DNA of 64,000 nucleotides from an uncultured Chlamydiae bacterium (GCA_963754655.1 CAVWGN010000001.1:512001-576000); one strand, 5' to 3'; shown: positions 47,438 to 58,006, counted from the stretch's first letter. The notes: generated by a model not told the origin, from the letters alone. Numbers and translations: made by a program.

Positions 47438-49381
47438 ATGGGAGTAGCATTTTCAGCGGGATGGACATCGGCGGAGCCTTTTTTTCGAGGATTGAAGTTT
47501 GGTGGCTTAATGAATCAAGCTCTTGAGCAAGATGAGACATATCGGCAAGGACGTCATCATTTTATGACAGCCATTAACCAAATTTTGGAATGGGGTTTAG
47601 CTCTAGAGCAGGTGTCGGTGTGTTTACAAGCTGCAAATGTCAACTATTCTTTGACAAAGTGGAATATCGCTCAGTTTGTGGTTCCCATGGGAGTGGCCTA
47701 TTTATCAAGCCGCCAAATTGAGGTTTTACATATTAGTGAAGCAGCCAATTTTGTTCAAAACCATTTAGGGAAACTGAGTCTCCTTGCCATGGCCGTTTCC
47801 ACTATTGGTTTGTTGATTCTAGGTCACACCTTCTTAGCTGTCACAACACTTGCTTATTTAACAGTGGGTCTATTAGAGCGTCAGAATGTGTTACCCGAAT
47901 CAGCACAAAAGGTGCTGCATTACGCGAACTTTTTCATTGGTAATTTCACAGGCCTTTACTTAGGAGGCCTATTTGTTCGTGTGATATGTACATTGAATTT
48001 GATTGTGGCGACAGTCAAAAAATATTTCGAACATAGGTTATTCAATGAAGAAAAAGCGTTTCAAGCGTTAGAGCGACTGAAGACAGATGATGGAGAAGAC
48101 TTCCAAGAAGGGACAGAGGCTCGAAAGAACCAGGTGTCTTTGAATGAACTTCAAAAATTGACTCATGACACGGTGTGTACGATGCGTCAATCACATATTC
48201 AAGAAAAACCTCTTCCATCAGTGGATGAAAAAGTTCAGATAACGGATATTCTGGATCTAGCTGATCAAGTGGATTGGTTGCAGCATGAACATGTGATCAA
48301 AGGCAAATTAGCAAAAGATAAACGCTGGCTAGAAGTTGGACAATTTGAAGCGGAACCCATCGAGTATTTTCAACGCAATCTCAAAAGTTTAATTGAAAGC
48401 ATTAGAGATCGTCAAATTTTGCAAGGAAAGCCTTTAAATTATGAGATGCTTGAGTTTTATTGCCGCTTTATTGCTCAAGAGCTTCAAAATATTCACAAAA
48501 AAAATGAGGAAGAATGCAACGAAGATATAAAGAAGCAAAATGAAATCACAATAGCCGATACGTTGATTTGGCTAGGAGTAGAAGGAGGGGAGTATTGCGG
48601 GACGGGCAAATTTGGTATTGTTGAAGAAGTTTACGAAAATCTACTTGCTCAGGCTGAAGGACTGCCATTAGAAACGCGTGTATTGGCTTGTGAGCAGCAA
48701 GAGCGCCAACGCATTTGGCAGCACATTTATCAGCTCGTCTGGACAACCAATCCTATTACGCAGGCGTTTGGTTATTTCAGTGAGATCAATGCCATTCATA
48801 ATGCGAATCTCTTTATCAACCTCGTACAAGCAGGCGAAAAATTTGGCATTCCGCACCAAGCTGCAAAAAATGATCAAGCTGCAACGATTAATCCCATTAC
48901 CCATTATTTAGCTTTCATATTTGTTAATACTATTGAAAAGTGCTTTTGGAAAGGACATTCTATGCCCCAATGTTATATTTCCATTGACAAACCTCAAGAA
49001 GAAGAGTGGTGGAAAGCGTGGAAATGGGTTCAATTAAAAACAGAAACCGTCGATGTCAAGCCTTATAATGAAGAGGCAATCTTAACACGCCTCAACGAAA
49101 CTATTGGCTCGCCGCAAATTCCGAAATTTGACATTTATATTTGGTGGCAAAAGTGGATCTATCGGCAAAATTATCTCTCAGAGGATCAACAAGATGAATT
49201 ATGTGGGCAATTGCAAGAAGTTCCAAAAACGGATTCACAAGGAAATCGAGTATTAACTTTTAATGGCGAGCCCTTTGAAGTAAATGGTAAAATTCAGCCT
49301 AAATTTCTCAAAGTTATGTTGATTGAAATGGGGATTTTTAATAAACCTTCGGAGTTATCACAGGATGAGGAAAATTCTTAG
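47438..49381 (+). CDS. Hypothetical protein with N-terminal TM helices
   Basis: 647-aa ORF with GAGGAG RBS. Hydrophobic segments at about aa 75-195, then a soluble domain with GVEGGEYCGTG. Confidence 0.8.
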   Translation: MGVAFSAGWTSAEPFFRGLKFGGLMNQALEQDETYRQGRHHFMTAINQILEWGLALEQVSVCLQAANVNYSLTKWNIAQFVVPMGVAYLSSRQIEVLHISEAANFVQNHLGKLSLLAMAVSTIGLLILGHTFLAVTTLAYLTVGLLERQNVLPESAQKVLHYANFFIGNFTGLYLGGLFVRVICTLNLIVATVKKYFEHRLFNEEKAFQALERLKTDDGEDFQEGTEARKNQVSLNELQKLTHDTVCTMRQSHIQEKPLPSVDEKVQITDILDLADQVDWLQHEHVIKGKLAKDKRWLEVGQFEAEPIEYFQRNLKSLIESIRDRQILQGKPLNYEMLEFYCRFIAQELQNIHKKNEEECNEDIKKQNEITIADTLIWLGVEGGEYCGTGKFGIVEEVYENLLAQAEGLPLETRVLACEQQERQRIWQHIYQLVWTTNPITQAFGYFSEINAIHNANLFINLVQAGEKFGIPHQAAKNDQAATINPITHYLAFIFVNTIEKCFWKGHSMPQCYISIDKPQEEEWWKAWKWVQLKTETVDVKPYNEEAILTRLNETIGSPQIPKFDIYIWWQKWIYRQNYLSEDQQDELCGQLQEVPKTDSQGNRVLTFNGEPFEVNGKIQPKFLKVMLIEMGIFNKPSELSQDEENS

Positions 49382-49393
49382 TCGTTAAAGAAA

Positions 49394-50272
49394 TTGAACA
49401 TTCAACTATTAAAAAAATTAAACCGAGTGAAGCTCTTACAGCCCTTAAATCGTTTACTTCAGCTTGATGTTCACCTCTTAAAACAAGACTTGCAAGATGT
49501 ATTTCTGTCTGCTTGTGCCATTTTTGTCTGTTGTTGCCCTTTGGTTCTCTATGCTGTAGTTGAGCAACTTGTACCGATTGTTGTTTCCAAACTGCCCCAT
49601 GAGCTCCCTGCTTTTACTCAAGGGCTTGCTATTGAGGACGATCAGCTCTATGAAAGCACAGGTTTGTATGGCCAATCAAGCTTGCGTATACTCGATATTA
49701 AGACGGGAAAAATCTTACGCAAATTGCCACTGGCAGAAGACATTTTTGCTGAGGGGATTGCTGTCTTCCCTCATCAAATTGTTCAAGTGACTTGGCGTGA
49801 GCAGCAGGCTTTCGTTTATGACCGCAAGAGCTTAAAGCTAAAACATATTTTGTTCTATTTTGGAGAAGGATGGGGTCTTTGCCGTGATGAAAATACGGTG
49901 TGGATGAGCAATGGAACATCCATGCTGACTCAACGCGACTTGTCTACTTTTGCTCTGCTAAAAACAGTAGAGGTGCGCTTAAGAGGAATACCCGTGGAAA
50001 ATCTTAATGATTTGGAATGCGTAGGAAATGAGCTTTATGCGAATGTCTGGCAGAAAAATTGGATTGTACGTATTAATAAATTGACTGGAGATGTGACTGG
50101 CATTATGGATGCTTCTCCTCTTTTATCTGTTTCAGAAAAAGCGCGCTTGCACTTAGATGAAGTGTTAAATGGCATTGCCTTTCGCTTCAACACAGGAACA
50201 TTTTTTCTGACAGGAAAAGGGTGGCCTTGGATTTTTGAGGTGCGTTTGATTGTTCAATCTGAAACATCATGA
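49394..50272 (+). CDS. Glutaminyl-peptide cyclotransferase (plant/bacterial type); start uncertain
   Basis: Motifs FTQGL, ESTGLYG, FAEG, EGWGL, LNDLE, ANVW, VLNGIA, TGK.WP. Confidence 0.9.
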   Translation: MNIQLLKKLNRVKLLQPLNRLLQLDVHLLKQDLQDVFLSACAIFVCCCPLVLYAVVEQLVPIVVSKLPHELPAFTQGLAIEDDQLYESTGLYGQSSLRILDIKTGKILRKLPLAEDIFAEGIAVFPHQIVQVTWREQQAFVYDRKSLKLKHILFYFGEGWGLCRDENTVWMSNGTSMLTQRDLSTFALLKTVEVRLRGIPVENLNDLECVGNELYANVWQKNWIVRINKLTGDVTGIMDASPLLSVSEKARLHLDEVLNGIAFRFNTGTFFLTGKGWPWIFEVRLIVQSETS

Positions 50273-50967
50273 CTGATTCTTCTTCCTCGCCTTCTCATCA
50301 GGAGGTCAAAGAGTATTTAGAGCGCCGTTTTGGACAAGAAAGCTCCTTGTTGCATTCAATTCGTACCAAATCCCATGCTGAAAGATTGCCCAATATTCAA
50401 ATTCCCATCCATGTTGGCAAGATTCTTTACCTTTTGGCTAAAATTCAAGCACCACGGCAAATTTTGGAAATTGGAACATTGGGTGGCTATAGCACAGCCT
50501 GGCTTGCACAAGCCCTTCTTCCCAATGGACGTTTGATTTCGCTAGAAATTAATCCTGATCACGCTGCAAAAGCTTATGAACATCTGGAAGAATTGAAGGA
50601 AAAACAAATTGAAATTCGCGTTGGGCATGCAGTTGAACTATTAGCTCAACTTGCAGCTGCTAAAGAAGGACCTTTTGACTTCATTTTTATTGATGCTGAT
50701 AAAGAAAATAATGCACTTTACTTAGATTGGTCTTTGCATCTTAGCCGTCCTGGAACTCTTATTCTCATTGATAACTTAATTCCCAAAGGTCTTAAAGTAG
50801 GATATCCTTCCCATGAAGAAGCCAAGGCAATTTATGCCTTCAATGATTACCTAGCACAACATCCACAGCTTGAAATTGCTGCCGTGCCCACGTTAGTCGA
50901 TTCCCAAGGTCGCTTAGATGCTTTGGGTATTGTATATGTGAAAGAAACTATCTCTTTAATACAATGA
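50269..50967 (+). CDS. O-methyltransferase (caffeoyl-CoA/YrrM-like)
   Basis: Motifs ILEIGTLGGYST, FDFIFIDADK, LIDN. Confidence 0.92.
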   Translation: MTDSSSSPSHQEVKEYLERRFGQESSLLHSIRTKSHAERLPNIQIPIHVGKILYLLAKIQAPRQILEIGTLGGYSTAWLAQALLPNGRLISLEINPDHAAKAYEHLEELKEKQIEIRVGHAVELLAQLAAAKEGPFDFIFIDADKENNALYLDWSLHLSRPGTLILIDNLIPKGLKVGYPSHEEAKAIYAFNDYLAQHPQLEIAAVPTLVDSQGRLDALGIVYVKETISLIQ

Positions 50968-51793
50968 TAGCTTCATAATTTTGCACTTCAAGAGTGATGG
51001 AGTCGTCAATTTCAAATTTTTTCAGATCTTCCAGCCAAGTTTTGCCATCCTCATAACCAAATGTTTTAATAAGTTCTGATTGACCGAGCTCTTCAAGTTT
51101 TTTTAATCCATGTTCGACTCCTATCCGAAACATGCTCTTTTTTTGTTGTCCTTCAACCTTGATGTTAAACAACTCTGTATGATATGAAAATTTATCTGAA
51201 TTTGAAAGATGCGTTACAATTCTTTCAATAGTGTCTTTGTGCGATTGCTGCCATTGATGTTGAAGTTCAACCAACTTTTTCCATGCTTGTATGGGCTTCG
51301 GCAGAGGTTCTTTGTATGTCCTTTTAGCTCCCATTTCTTCCATAATCAAAATACCTCCAGGCTTAACCATAGAGAGCATTGGGTCGACTGCTTTTGCAGG
51401 ATCTGTCAGATGTGATAGAACAAAACGAGAGTGAACAATATCGAAAAGTTCTGGATATTTTTTTTCGAGATCTTTAAGGTAATAAACGTCACAGATATCC
51501 CACGATACATTTGTTAGATTCTCTTCTTTTACTTTTGCTTTGGCGACATCAATTTGTTCAGCGCTAATGTCAACACCAACAACGACAGAATTGCTAAAGG
51601 TTTTTGCAAATAAATTTGTCAAATTTCCATTTCCACATCCTACATCGAGAATCTTTGGATTTTTTGAGGTGCTATTAGAATTGATTAATTGCATAGAAAG
51701 TGAATTACAAATGGCTCCTAGGGAATTCAATCTTTTATCATCGGCTTTTCCCACAGGGATCATATAAATAGGCTCGTTAGAATTTACTTGCAT
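50948..51793 (-). CDS. Class I SAM-dependent methyltransferase
   Basis: Motifs ILDVGCGNG, VGVDIS, FDIVHSRFVLSHL, KPGG. Confidence 0.9.
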   Translation of the reverse strand: MQVNSNEPIYMIPVGKADDKRLNSLGAICNSLSMQLINSNSTSKNPKILDVGCGNGNLTNLFAKTFSNSVVVGVDISAEQIDVAKAKVKEENLTNVSWDICDVYYLKDLEKKYPELFDIVHSRFVLSHLTDPAKAVDPMLSMVKPGGILIMEEMGAKRTYKEPLPKPIQAWKKLVELQHQWQQSHKDTIERIVTHLSNSDKFSYHTELFNIKVEGQQKKSMFRIGVEHGLKKLEELGQSELIKTFGYEDGKTWLEDLKKFEIDDSITLEVQNYEAIIVLKR

Positions 51794-52164
51794 GTTGCCC
51801 CCTTATGTTAAGTAGAAAAGTACCAGGATTCTAATAAAAATTAAAGAATTGGTTATGTTAGCTCGGCAGTCACTGCCGCTATATCCTAGCATTCTAAAAT
51901 GCAAATCATTTGCCCTAAAAATTAATAATTAATCAGTGAGTGAAAATTTAGCTTGAATTTATTAAACGGCAGGGCTTGCAATATAAGCATGCAAGAGATG
52001 CGGTTAGGCTAAGCGACGCTTTCAGTCGCCCGCCGCTTCGCTCTGGGCTCTAGGTGAGGGGTTGAGGACCCCACCGTTCGGTTGCCCTCCGGGCTCGGTC
52101 ACGGTGGGCTAGTAACAGTCGTCCTACGGACTCTAGCGGCAATGTAGAAACCATGGGATGCTAG

Positions 52165-53002
52165 GGAGCGTACCTAAAAGATTAACCATTGTATAATACA
52201 AGCGATCGTCAACATTCCTGCATAATTTTGAGCTTTCATTTCGTATCTTATTCCAATACGCCTAAATCGTTTTATAAACTGAAAAAAATTTTCTACCAAG
52301 CAACGCTCTCTGTAGATATGTTTATCATGTTCAATTAGTTCAGCTCTTGATACTTTGCTGGGTATGACTGCTTGACTTCCCATCTTTTCTATAAAATTTC
52401 TGATTTCATTTGAGTCGTAAGCTTTATCAGCTATAACATTTTTTGGATTTTTTCCACTGAGTAAAAGCTTCATTTGAGTGCTCTCGTGTACTTGACCTTC
52501 TGTCAAGATAAAATCAATACAACGACCTAATCCATCTGTTACTGCATGAATTTTTGTGGTTGTTCCGGCCCTTGATTTTCCCATGGCTTCTTCGGCTTTT
52601 TTTTTATCCTACAAGCATCTTGATGCGCTTCAACAATTGAGCTGTCTACAGAGTAATTTTCTTCGTCAATTTCATCTTTTAAAGCTTGCCAAATCGTTTG
52701 CCAGATTCCAGCCTTTGTCCATCGATTAAAGCGATTATAACATGTGCTCCAAGGACCATACTTGGGTGGTAGATCCCTCCAAGCGGCTCCTGTTCTTAAA
52801 ATCCAAATAATGCCTTCTAAAATCTTACGATGAGGCCGACTTGGTCTGCCCCAATATCCTCGTTCTTTTGGCAATAAAGGTTTTATTTTTATCCATCTTT
52901 CATTAGTTAATACTATCCTACTCATTCAAATTTCCCCCTTGTTTTATCAGAGAAAATTATAAATCATAAGAGTTATTATTTTAAATCTTTTAGGTACGTT
53001 CC
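52165..53002 (-). mobile_element. IS5-family (IS427-like) insertion sequence, 838 bp
   Basis: TIR GGAGCGTACCTAAAA / TTTTAGGTACGTTCC. CTAG on both sides (52161-52164, 53003-53006). Confidence 0.93.
52174..52925 (-). CDS. IS5-family transposase, two ORFs joined by a -1 frameshift at A9G
   Basis: OrfA WILRTGAAWRDLP...VDSS and OrfB TKIH, ADKAYD, RCLVENFF. ATA AAA AAA AAG shifts into KKAEEAMGKSR. Confidence 0.92.
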
Positions 53003-53006
53003 CTAG

Positions 53007-53149
53007 TACTCAACCACACTAGTTTTTGCCCATTGGAACCGGCTTCAAAGCTCCGCGGTTGAATTGGCGTAGCAATATGGATCCACTTACGCTAATTCAA
53101 CCGGGGCTTTAAAGTAACCCCAATAGGCAGAAACTCATGTGGTTGAGTA
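53007..53149. mobile_element. MITE-like palindrome family C, copy 2 (empty, 143 bp)
   Basis: TACTCAACCAC...GTGGTTGAGTA with CTAG on both sides. Confidence 0.85.
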
Positions 53150-53211
53150 CTAGTCAAGGCGTTTTGATAATGCCGCAAGAGTCCGGAGGTCGACTGTTAA
53201 TAGCCCACCGT

Positions 53212-53869
53212 CGGGACTTAACAAAGAACTGTTTTTGGGCTTGATATTCGTCGAGTCAATTTAACAATACACCGCCTGTAACAGGATTTAAAGGCATAAT
53301 TCCCGAAAATGACGCGAAAAACATCAAAGCCCAAAACAGTTCTTTGTTAAGTCCCGGCCATAGGCTAGGAACGAAATGCTTCTGGCAAACTCCAGAAGCT
53401 AAATTTGTCGCTCAAGCGGCGTTAGCCGCGCATGGATAGTAGCCGTGGGTGTAGGCGAAGCCGGAACCCACGGTGTATGGTAAAAAAATGAAGCCACGTT
53501 AGTGGCGTAGGAAATGTGATTGTGGAGCAATGTTTATTTAAACGAATGCTACGCCACTAACGTGGCTCAAATTTGTTTTGAGGGTAACCGTGGGTTTCGG
53601 CTTGCGCCTACACCCACGGCTACTATCCATGCGCGGCTAACGCCGCTCGTCGCTGAGGGAAAGGATATGGATCAAGCAACATTGCAAAAACAAAGATAAA
53701 AATTCCGATTACTTAGCCATATGCCGGGACTTAACAAAGAACTGTTTTGGGCTTGATAATTTTTCGCGTCATTTTCGAGAAATATGCCTCTAAAGCCTGT
53801 TATAGGTGGGGCGTTGTTAAATTGATACGAAGAATATCAAGCCCAAAAACAGTTCTTTGTTAAGTCCCG
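53212..53869. mobile_element. Composite non-coding element: two inverted 145-bp MITEs (D) flanking REP-like palindrome E
   Basis: D copies at 53212-53356 and 53725-53869 (ends CGGGACTTAACAAAGAACTGTTTT). E at 53415-53647. 9-bp TSD GCCCACCGT at 53203-53211 and 53870-53878. Confidence 0.88.
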
Positions 53870-54127
53870 GCCCACCGTGACCGAGCCCGGAGGGCGACCG
53901 AACGGTGGGTCCACACCCCCTCTCATAGAGCCTAGAGCAAAGCGGCGAGCGGCGACTGAATGCGTTGCATCATCTGCTTCCTTTTTCGCTTGATGGCGTA
54001 GCTCTGATAGGCTCTAAAAACTTATTATTCTTTATTTTATTTTAATATATTATTTATGTAATCTTATTTGCGTTAATTTACATTTTGAATAATTTAATTT
54101 ACCAAACAGTTTTGAGGAAAGGAAAAC

Positions 54128-55063
54128 ATGAAGCAGCTTTTTATATTAATTTTTTTGGCTATTAGCGTTTTGAGTCAATCTTTTCTTAGCTCTTCTCGTG
54201 CCCCCCTCGTTTATCCTATTTTCTGTGATTCAACATTGGAAGCTGACATTCCAAATAAATTGCGAGCAGCTCAACAAGTGCAGGTGCAACAATGTTCTTT
54301 AAATCTTCAAGGATTCATTCATTTAAAAATTTCAGGAAGTGCGCAATTTTCTGAAAGAACTTTTATGAAAATGGTGCGCAATCTTTCTCTTCGCCCTGAA
54401 AAGTTAATTGTGCTTGATTTAAGACAAGAATCTCATGGTTTTATTAATGGCAAGCCTGTGAGTTGGACAGATGGAAATTATAACTATGCAAATGTCAATA
54501 AAACAAAATCTGAAATTGAAGTGGATGAAAACCAACTTTTGAGGCTGGCAGCACAAGCTAAGAAAATCTTGATCAATCCTGTTAAAGAGCCTGTTACGTT
54601 AACTGTCTATACTGTTAAAACAGAGCGCGACTTAGTAGAAAGTTTGGGTTCTGCTTATATTCGATTACCCGTTACCGATCATAATCGGCCTACCAATGAA
54701 GTCGTAGATCAATTCATTCAATTAGTAAAAAGCTTGCCTGCCGATTATTGGATTCACATGCATTGCAAAGGAGGCAAAGGAAGAACAACCACTTTTTTAA
54801 CATTGTATGATATGATACATAATGCGCGTTGTGTCAGTTTACAGGATATCTTGGCAAGGCAATATTTAATTGGGGGAATTGACTTGACCGCCGTCCAGAA
54901 ACAAGATAGTGAAAAAACAAGAGCAGCGAATGAAAGGCTTGAATTTATTCAACAATTTTATCTGTATTGTCAACAAGTTCCCGGTTTTGATGTCCGCTGG
55001 TCAGATTGGGTAAAAAAACAACACTCGATCGTGAATAAAAAGTACTATGCTCAATCAGCCTAA
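54128..55063 (+). CDS. Protein-tyrosine-phosphatase-like phytase (cysteine phytase), exported
   Basis: Motifs SGSAQFS, DLRQESHG, VTDH and P-loop HCKGGKGRTT. Signal peptide. Confidence 0.92.
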   Translation: MKQLFILIFLAISVLSQSFLSSSRAPLVYPIFCDSTLEADIPNKLRAAQQVQVQQCSLNLQGFIHLKISGSAQFSERTFMKMVRNLSLRPEKLIVLDLRQESHGFINGKPVSWTDGNYNYANVNKTKSEIEVDENQLLRLAAQAKKILINPVKEPVTLTVYTVKTERDLVESLGSAYIRLPVTDHNRPTNEVVDQFIQLVKSLPADYWIHMHCKGGKGRTTTFLTLYDMIHNARCVSLQDILARQYLIGGIDLTAVQKQDSEKTRAANERLEFIQQFYLYCQQVPGFDVRWSDWVKKQHSIVNKKYYAQSA

Positions 55064-56687
55064 TTTTTTAATTTTAAGTTTATTTCTTCATTTTTGCTTT
55101 TCTTTTTCTTTATTCAGTTTATGCGTTTCGGATCTTTCTCTTGAAGAAAAGATAGGACAACTTTTGATGGTTCATTTTCATGGTCAAGAAGCGAATGAGG
55201 AGGCTAAGCGTTTAATTCAAGAGATGTTTGTAGGAGGAGTGATTTATTACAATTGGGCTAACGAGCTTAGTCATCCAGAGCAAGTCCAAAACTTAAGTCA
55301 AGGTTTACAGCAGTTAGCTCAAAAGACTCCTCACGCCATTCCATTGTTGGTTGCGATAGACCAAGAGGGAGGGCGCGTCAGTCGTCTTAAGCACGGTTTC
55401 ACCGTATTTCCAGGTAACTATGCGCTAGGTCAAACGGGAGAGTGGCAATGGGGAGAAGAGAGCGCTTGGATGATGGGAGAGGAGCTCAAAGCGGCGGGAA
55501 TTTCTCTCAATTTGGCTCCTGTTATCGATGTCTACACGCAGCCAGCCAATCCTGTGATTGGCATACGCGCTTTTAGTTCTGATCCACTCCTCGTGTCGCA
55601 TTGGGGAAAATATGTGATTCAAGGGTATCGAAAAGCGGGCATCATTGCTGCTCTCAAACATTTTCCAGGACATGGAGATGTGCAAGTGGATTCGCATGAG
55701 GCTCTCCCTAGCGTTTCTAAAAAACGTGAAGAATTGGAACAAATCGAGCTCTATCCTTTTCGCTGCCTTGCCCCTCAAGCAGATGTCATCCTAACTGCTC
55801 ACTTATTAGTCCCTGCTTTGGATGCTCAATTCTGTACAACGTTTTCCAAAAAGATCATCACTGGTTTGTTGAGAAAAGATCTCAACTTTCAAGGAGTCAT
55901 TATGACCGATTCTTTAGCAATGGATGGAGTATTGAGCCAGTGTCCCTCACTTGAAGAAGCTGTTCTCAAAAGTTTAGAGGCTGGGCATGATATAATTCTC
56001 TTAGGAGGCAAGCAGCTTTTAGCTTCTCAAAATGGATTGGAATTTACAGTTGCAGATATCATGCGCATTCATCGCTTCCTCATCGATGCTGTTAAACAAG
56101 GAAAGCTTTCTGAAAAGCGCGTGAATGAATCTGTTGACCGCATTCTAGCCTTGAAGCAGAAATATGGATTATTTGATTTTGCACCTCTGACTCCTGCGCA
56201 TTTAAAATCACAAGTCCACACAGATACACATTGCGCTCTTGCTCAACAGATTGCAAGGCGGGCTTTATGCTTAATTCAAGGACAAAACTTAATCCCCCTA
56301 TCTTTTGACTCTTCTTTTTTGGTGGTGGCTCCTGATTGTTTGCGCGATGAAATGACTCAGACTGATTGGCATTTGCTAGGATCCCAAATTTTTTATTTTA
56401 AAGGTTTAAATCCTGATCAAGCAGTGATTCAAGAAATTAAATCGTTGGCAGAAAAAACTAAGAATTGCCTTTATCTTTCGTATAATGCTTGGCAGTATTC
56501 AGGGCAGCGCGCACTTTTTCAGCAACTTCAAGAGTCTTCTTGTTGCATGGTGGCGATTGTGGTTCGCGATCCTCTGGATGCCGAGTATTTGAATTTAGCC
56601 GATGTAGTGCTCTGTACATTTAGTCCAGTTGCTTGCTCGTTACAAGCTGCTTTTGATTACTTGAAAGGAAACATTTCTTTTAGATAG
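55047..56687 (+). CDS. nagZ: GH3 beta-N-acetylhexosaminidase
   Basis: Motifs IDQEGGRV, KHFPGHG...DSH, MTDSLAM. Confidence 0.9.
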   Translation: MLNQPNFLILSLFLHFCFSFSLFSLCVSDLSLEEKIGQLLMVHFHGQEANEEAKRLIQEMFVGGVIYYNWANELSHPEQVQNLSQGLQQLAQKTPHAIPLLVAIDQEGGRVSRLKHGFTVFPGNYALGQTGEWQWGEESAWMMGEELKAAGISLNLAPVIDVYTQPANPVIGIRAFSSDPLLVSHWGKYVIQGYRKAGIIAALKHFPGHGDVQVDSHEALPSVSKKREELEQIELYPFRCLAPQADVILTAHLLVPALDAQFCTTFSKKIITGLLRKDLNFQGVIMTDSLAMDGVLSQCPSLEEAVLKSLEAGHDIILLGGKQLLASQNGLEFTVADIMRIHRFLIDAVKQGKLSEKRVNESVDRILALKQKYGLFDFAPLTPAHLKSQVHTDTHCALAQQIARRALCLIQGQNLIPLSFDSSFLVVAPDCLRDEMTQTDWHLLGSQIFYFKGLNPDQAVIQEIKSLAEKTKNCLYLSYNAWQYSGQRALFQQLQESSCCMVAIVVRDPLDAEYLNLADVVLCTFSPVACSLQAAFDYLKGNISFR

Positions 56688-57608
56688 AGCTTCTTGAATA
56701 CATTCAACAAAATAATCATCATTTAAAATCGCTTCAAGGGTATCAACACGAACGATTTGATTTTGACTTGCAAGTTCTGTAATGGTAACAGGCTTGCCGG
56801 TTTTTGCATCAATGGGTGCTATAATATTTTCTTCATTATCCTTTAGCTCAATGTGATCATCAAAAAAAATTCCAAGAACATCATGATCGCTTAGGTCTAA
56901 GATAAATGGTTTGCCGAACTGACTCCTCATTTCTCCTTTGATCCAATATTCCCAATCATCCCGAATTGCAATATGCGTTAAAGAACATAAGGTTTCATAA
57001 ATCTCAAAAGGATGACTCTTTTTAATTTCATTATCTACAAGAAGAATTCCTTTATTGAATATTCCCATGTGAAGAAACTTATTTTGATAATTTGCATTGA
57101 TTTCATTTGCAATTTCAAAAACCTCAGCGCCAAAACTGCGTAAAATCAGTGTATAGGGGATTGCTTCGCGATCTAATTTTTTTAAAAGATGATAGAAAGA
57201 GGGAAAGACAATTCCTTGAGCACTTTGCAACTTTTCTAAAGCTCGGTGATAGGTGATGAGGGCCTCTGGATATAAAGGATGATGTTTTTCACACAAATCA
57301 TCGATAAAATGATTAAGATAAGCTCTGCGCTTTTTTTTGAGTTCTAAATCATATTCGGGACCGGGTAATAAGATCTCTCGAATATAAGTGTCATAAGAGA
57401 TGGGCTCCTGAAGGGAAGAGTTCCACCTAAATTGATAGTGACAAGACAACAGTTGATTGAGCACATCATGAATAGACTGCCCTCCAGATCTATCACTGGC
57501 AATCAAAGTTTTATTGATATCAAAATTCAACATTAAATGAGGGAATTCCCCAAATACTTGAGAAGTCGCGATTAGAAATAGAAAGATCATTTTGAAAATG
57601 AGTCTCAT
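56640..57608 (-). CDS. Uncharacterised HAD-like protein with signal peptide
   Basis: FDINKTLI (DxNxT variant of HAD motif I), LRSFG, FFDDHI. Confidence 0.7.
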   Translation of the reverse strand: MRLIFKMIFLFLIATSQVFGEFPHLMLNFDINKTLIASDRSGGQSIHDVLNQLLSCHYQFRWNSSLQEPISYDTYIREILLPGPEYDLELKKKRRAYLNHFIDDLCEKHHPLYPEALITYHRALEKLQSAQGIVFPSFYHLLKKLDREAIPYTLILRSFGAEVFEIANEINANYQNKFLHMGIFNKGILLVDNEIKKSHPFEIYETLCSLTHIAIRDDWEYWIKGEMRSQFGKPFILDLSDHDVLGIFFDDHIELKDNEENIIAPIDAKTGKPVTITELASQNQIVRVDTLEAILNDDYFVECIQEALSKRNVSFQVIKSSL

Positions 57609-57773
57609 TCATGCCTGCCTTTCTTTTGATCTTTAAAGCGGGTAATAAAAGGTGCAGATTGATAAAAATAAAAGAGATAAGTGGAGCCTATTTTTTAGTC
57701 TTTTTGTCCTTTCTGTCAACCTATACTTTTTAATCAATCCTAAGTATGGACATTAGCAAATCAAAAAGGTTAA

Positions 57774-57802
57774 TTGACAAAAATAATCAAACTTGTTATA
57801 TT
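57774..57802 (+). promoter_or_regulatory. Sigma66/sigma70-type promoter of the leader peptide-symporter unit
   Basis: TTGACA-17 bp-TATATT with TG extension. Confidence 0.65.
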
Positions 57803-57889
57803 AATATAAGTTCTTTTTGCCTTCTTTGTTAACCTGTTTAGGTTTTGACGGTAAAAAGAAAAGAACATGATAATTAGAAGGATATAACC

Positions 57890-58006
57890 ATGCAACCCAT
57901 CCGTTGGATATTAATAGACAAGCTGCAAATCTTTGCAAATATTTCTACCCTTTCTTCTGTTCTTTTCTTCCCCTCTCATTACCATCATCATTCTCATTCT
58001 TGCTAA
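57890..58006 (+). CDS. Putative His-rich leader peptide (38 aa)
   Basis: AGAAGGA RBS. MQPIRWILIDKLQIFANISTLSSVLFFPSHYHHHSHSC*. Five His codons in seven. Below the ORF-track length cutoff. Confidence 0.6.
   Translation: MQPIRWILIDKLQIFANISTLSSVLFFPSHYHHHSHSC

Larger units (their letters stand above)
52010..53968. repeat. Palindromic element family A, copy 3, expanded to about 2 kb by nested insertions
   Basis: Left arm 52010-52141. Spacer holds an IS5 and element C. Right arm 53171-53211 plus 53870-53968. Confidence 0.92.

Noticed and set aside
99..53968. Repeat clusters as CRISPR arrays
   Set aside because: The repeats are long inverted arms, not direct repeats with unique spacers. No cas genes are present; TnpB belongs to IS607.
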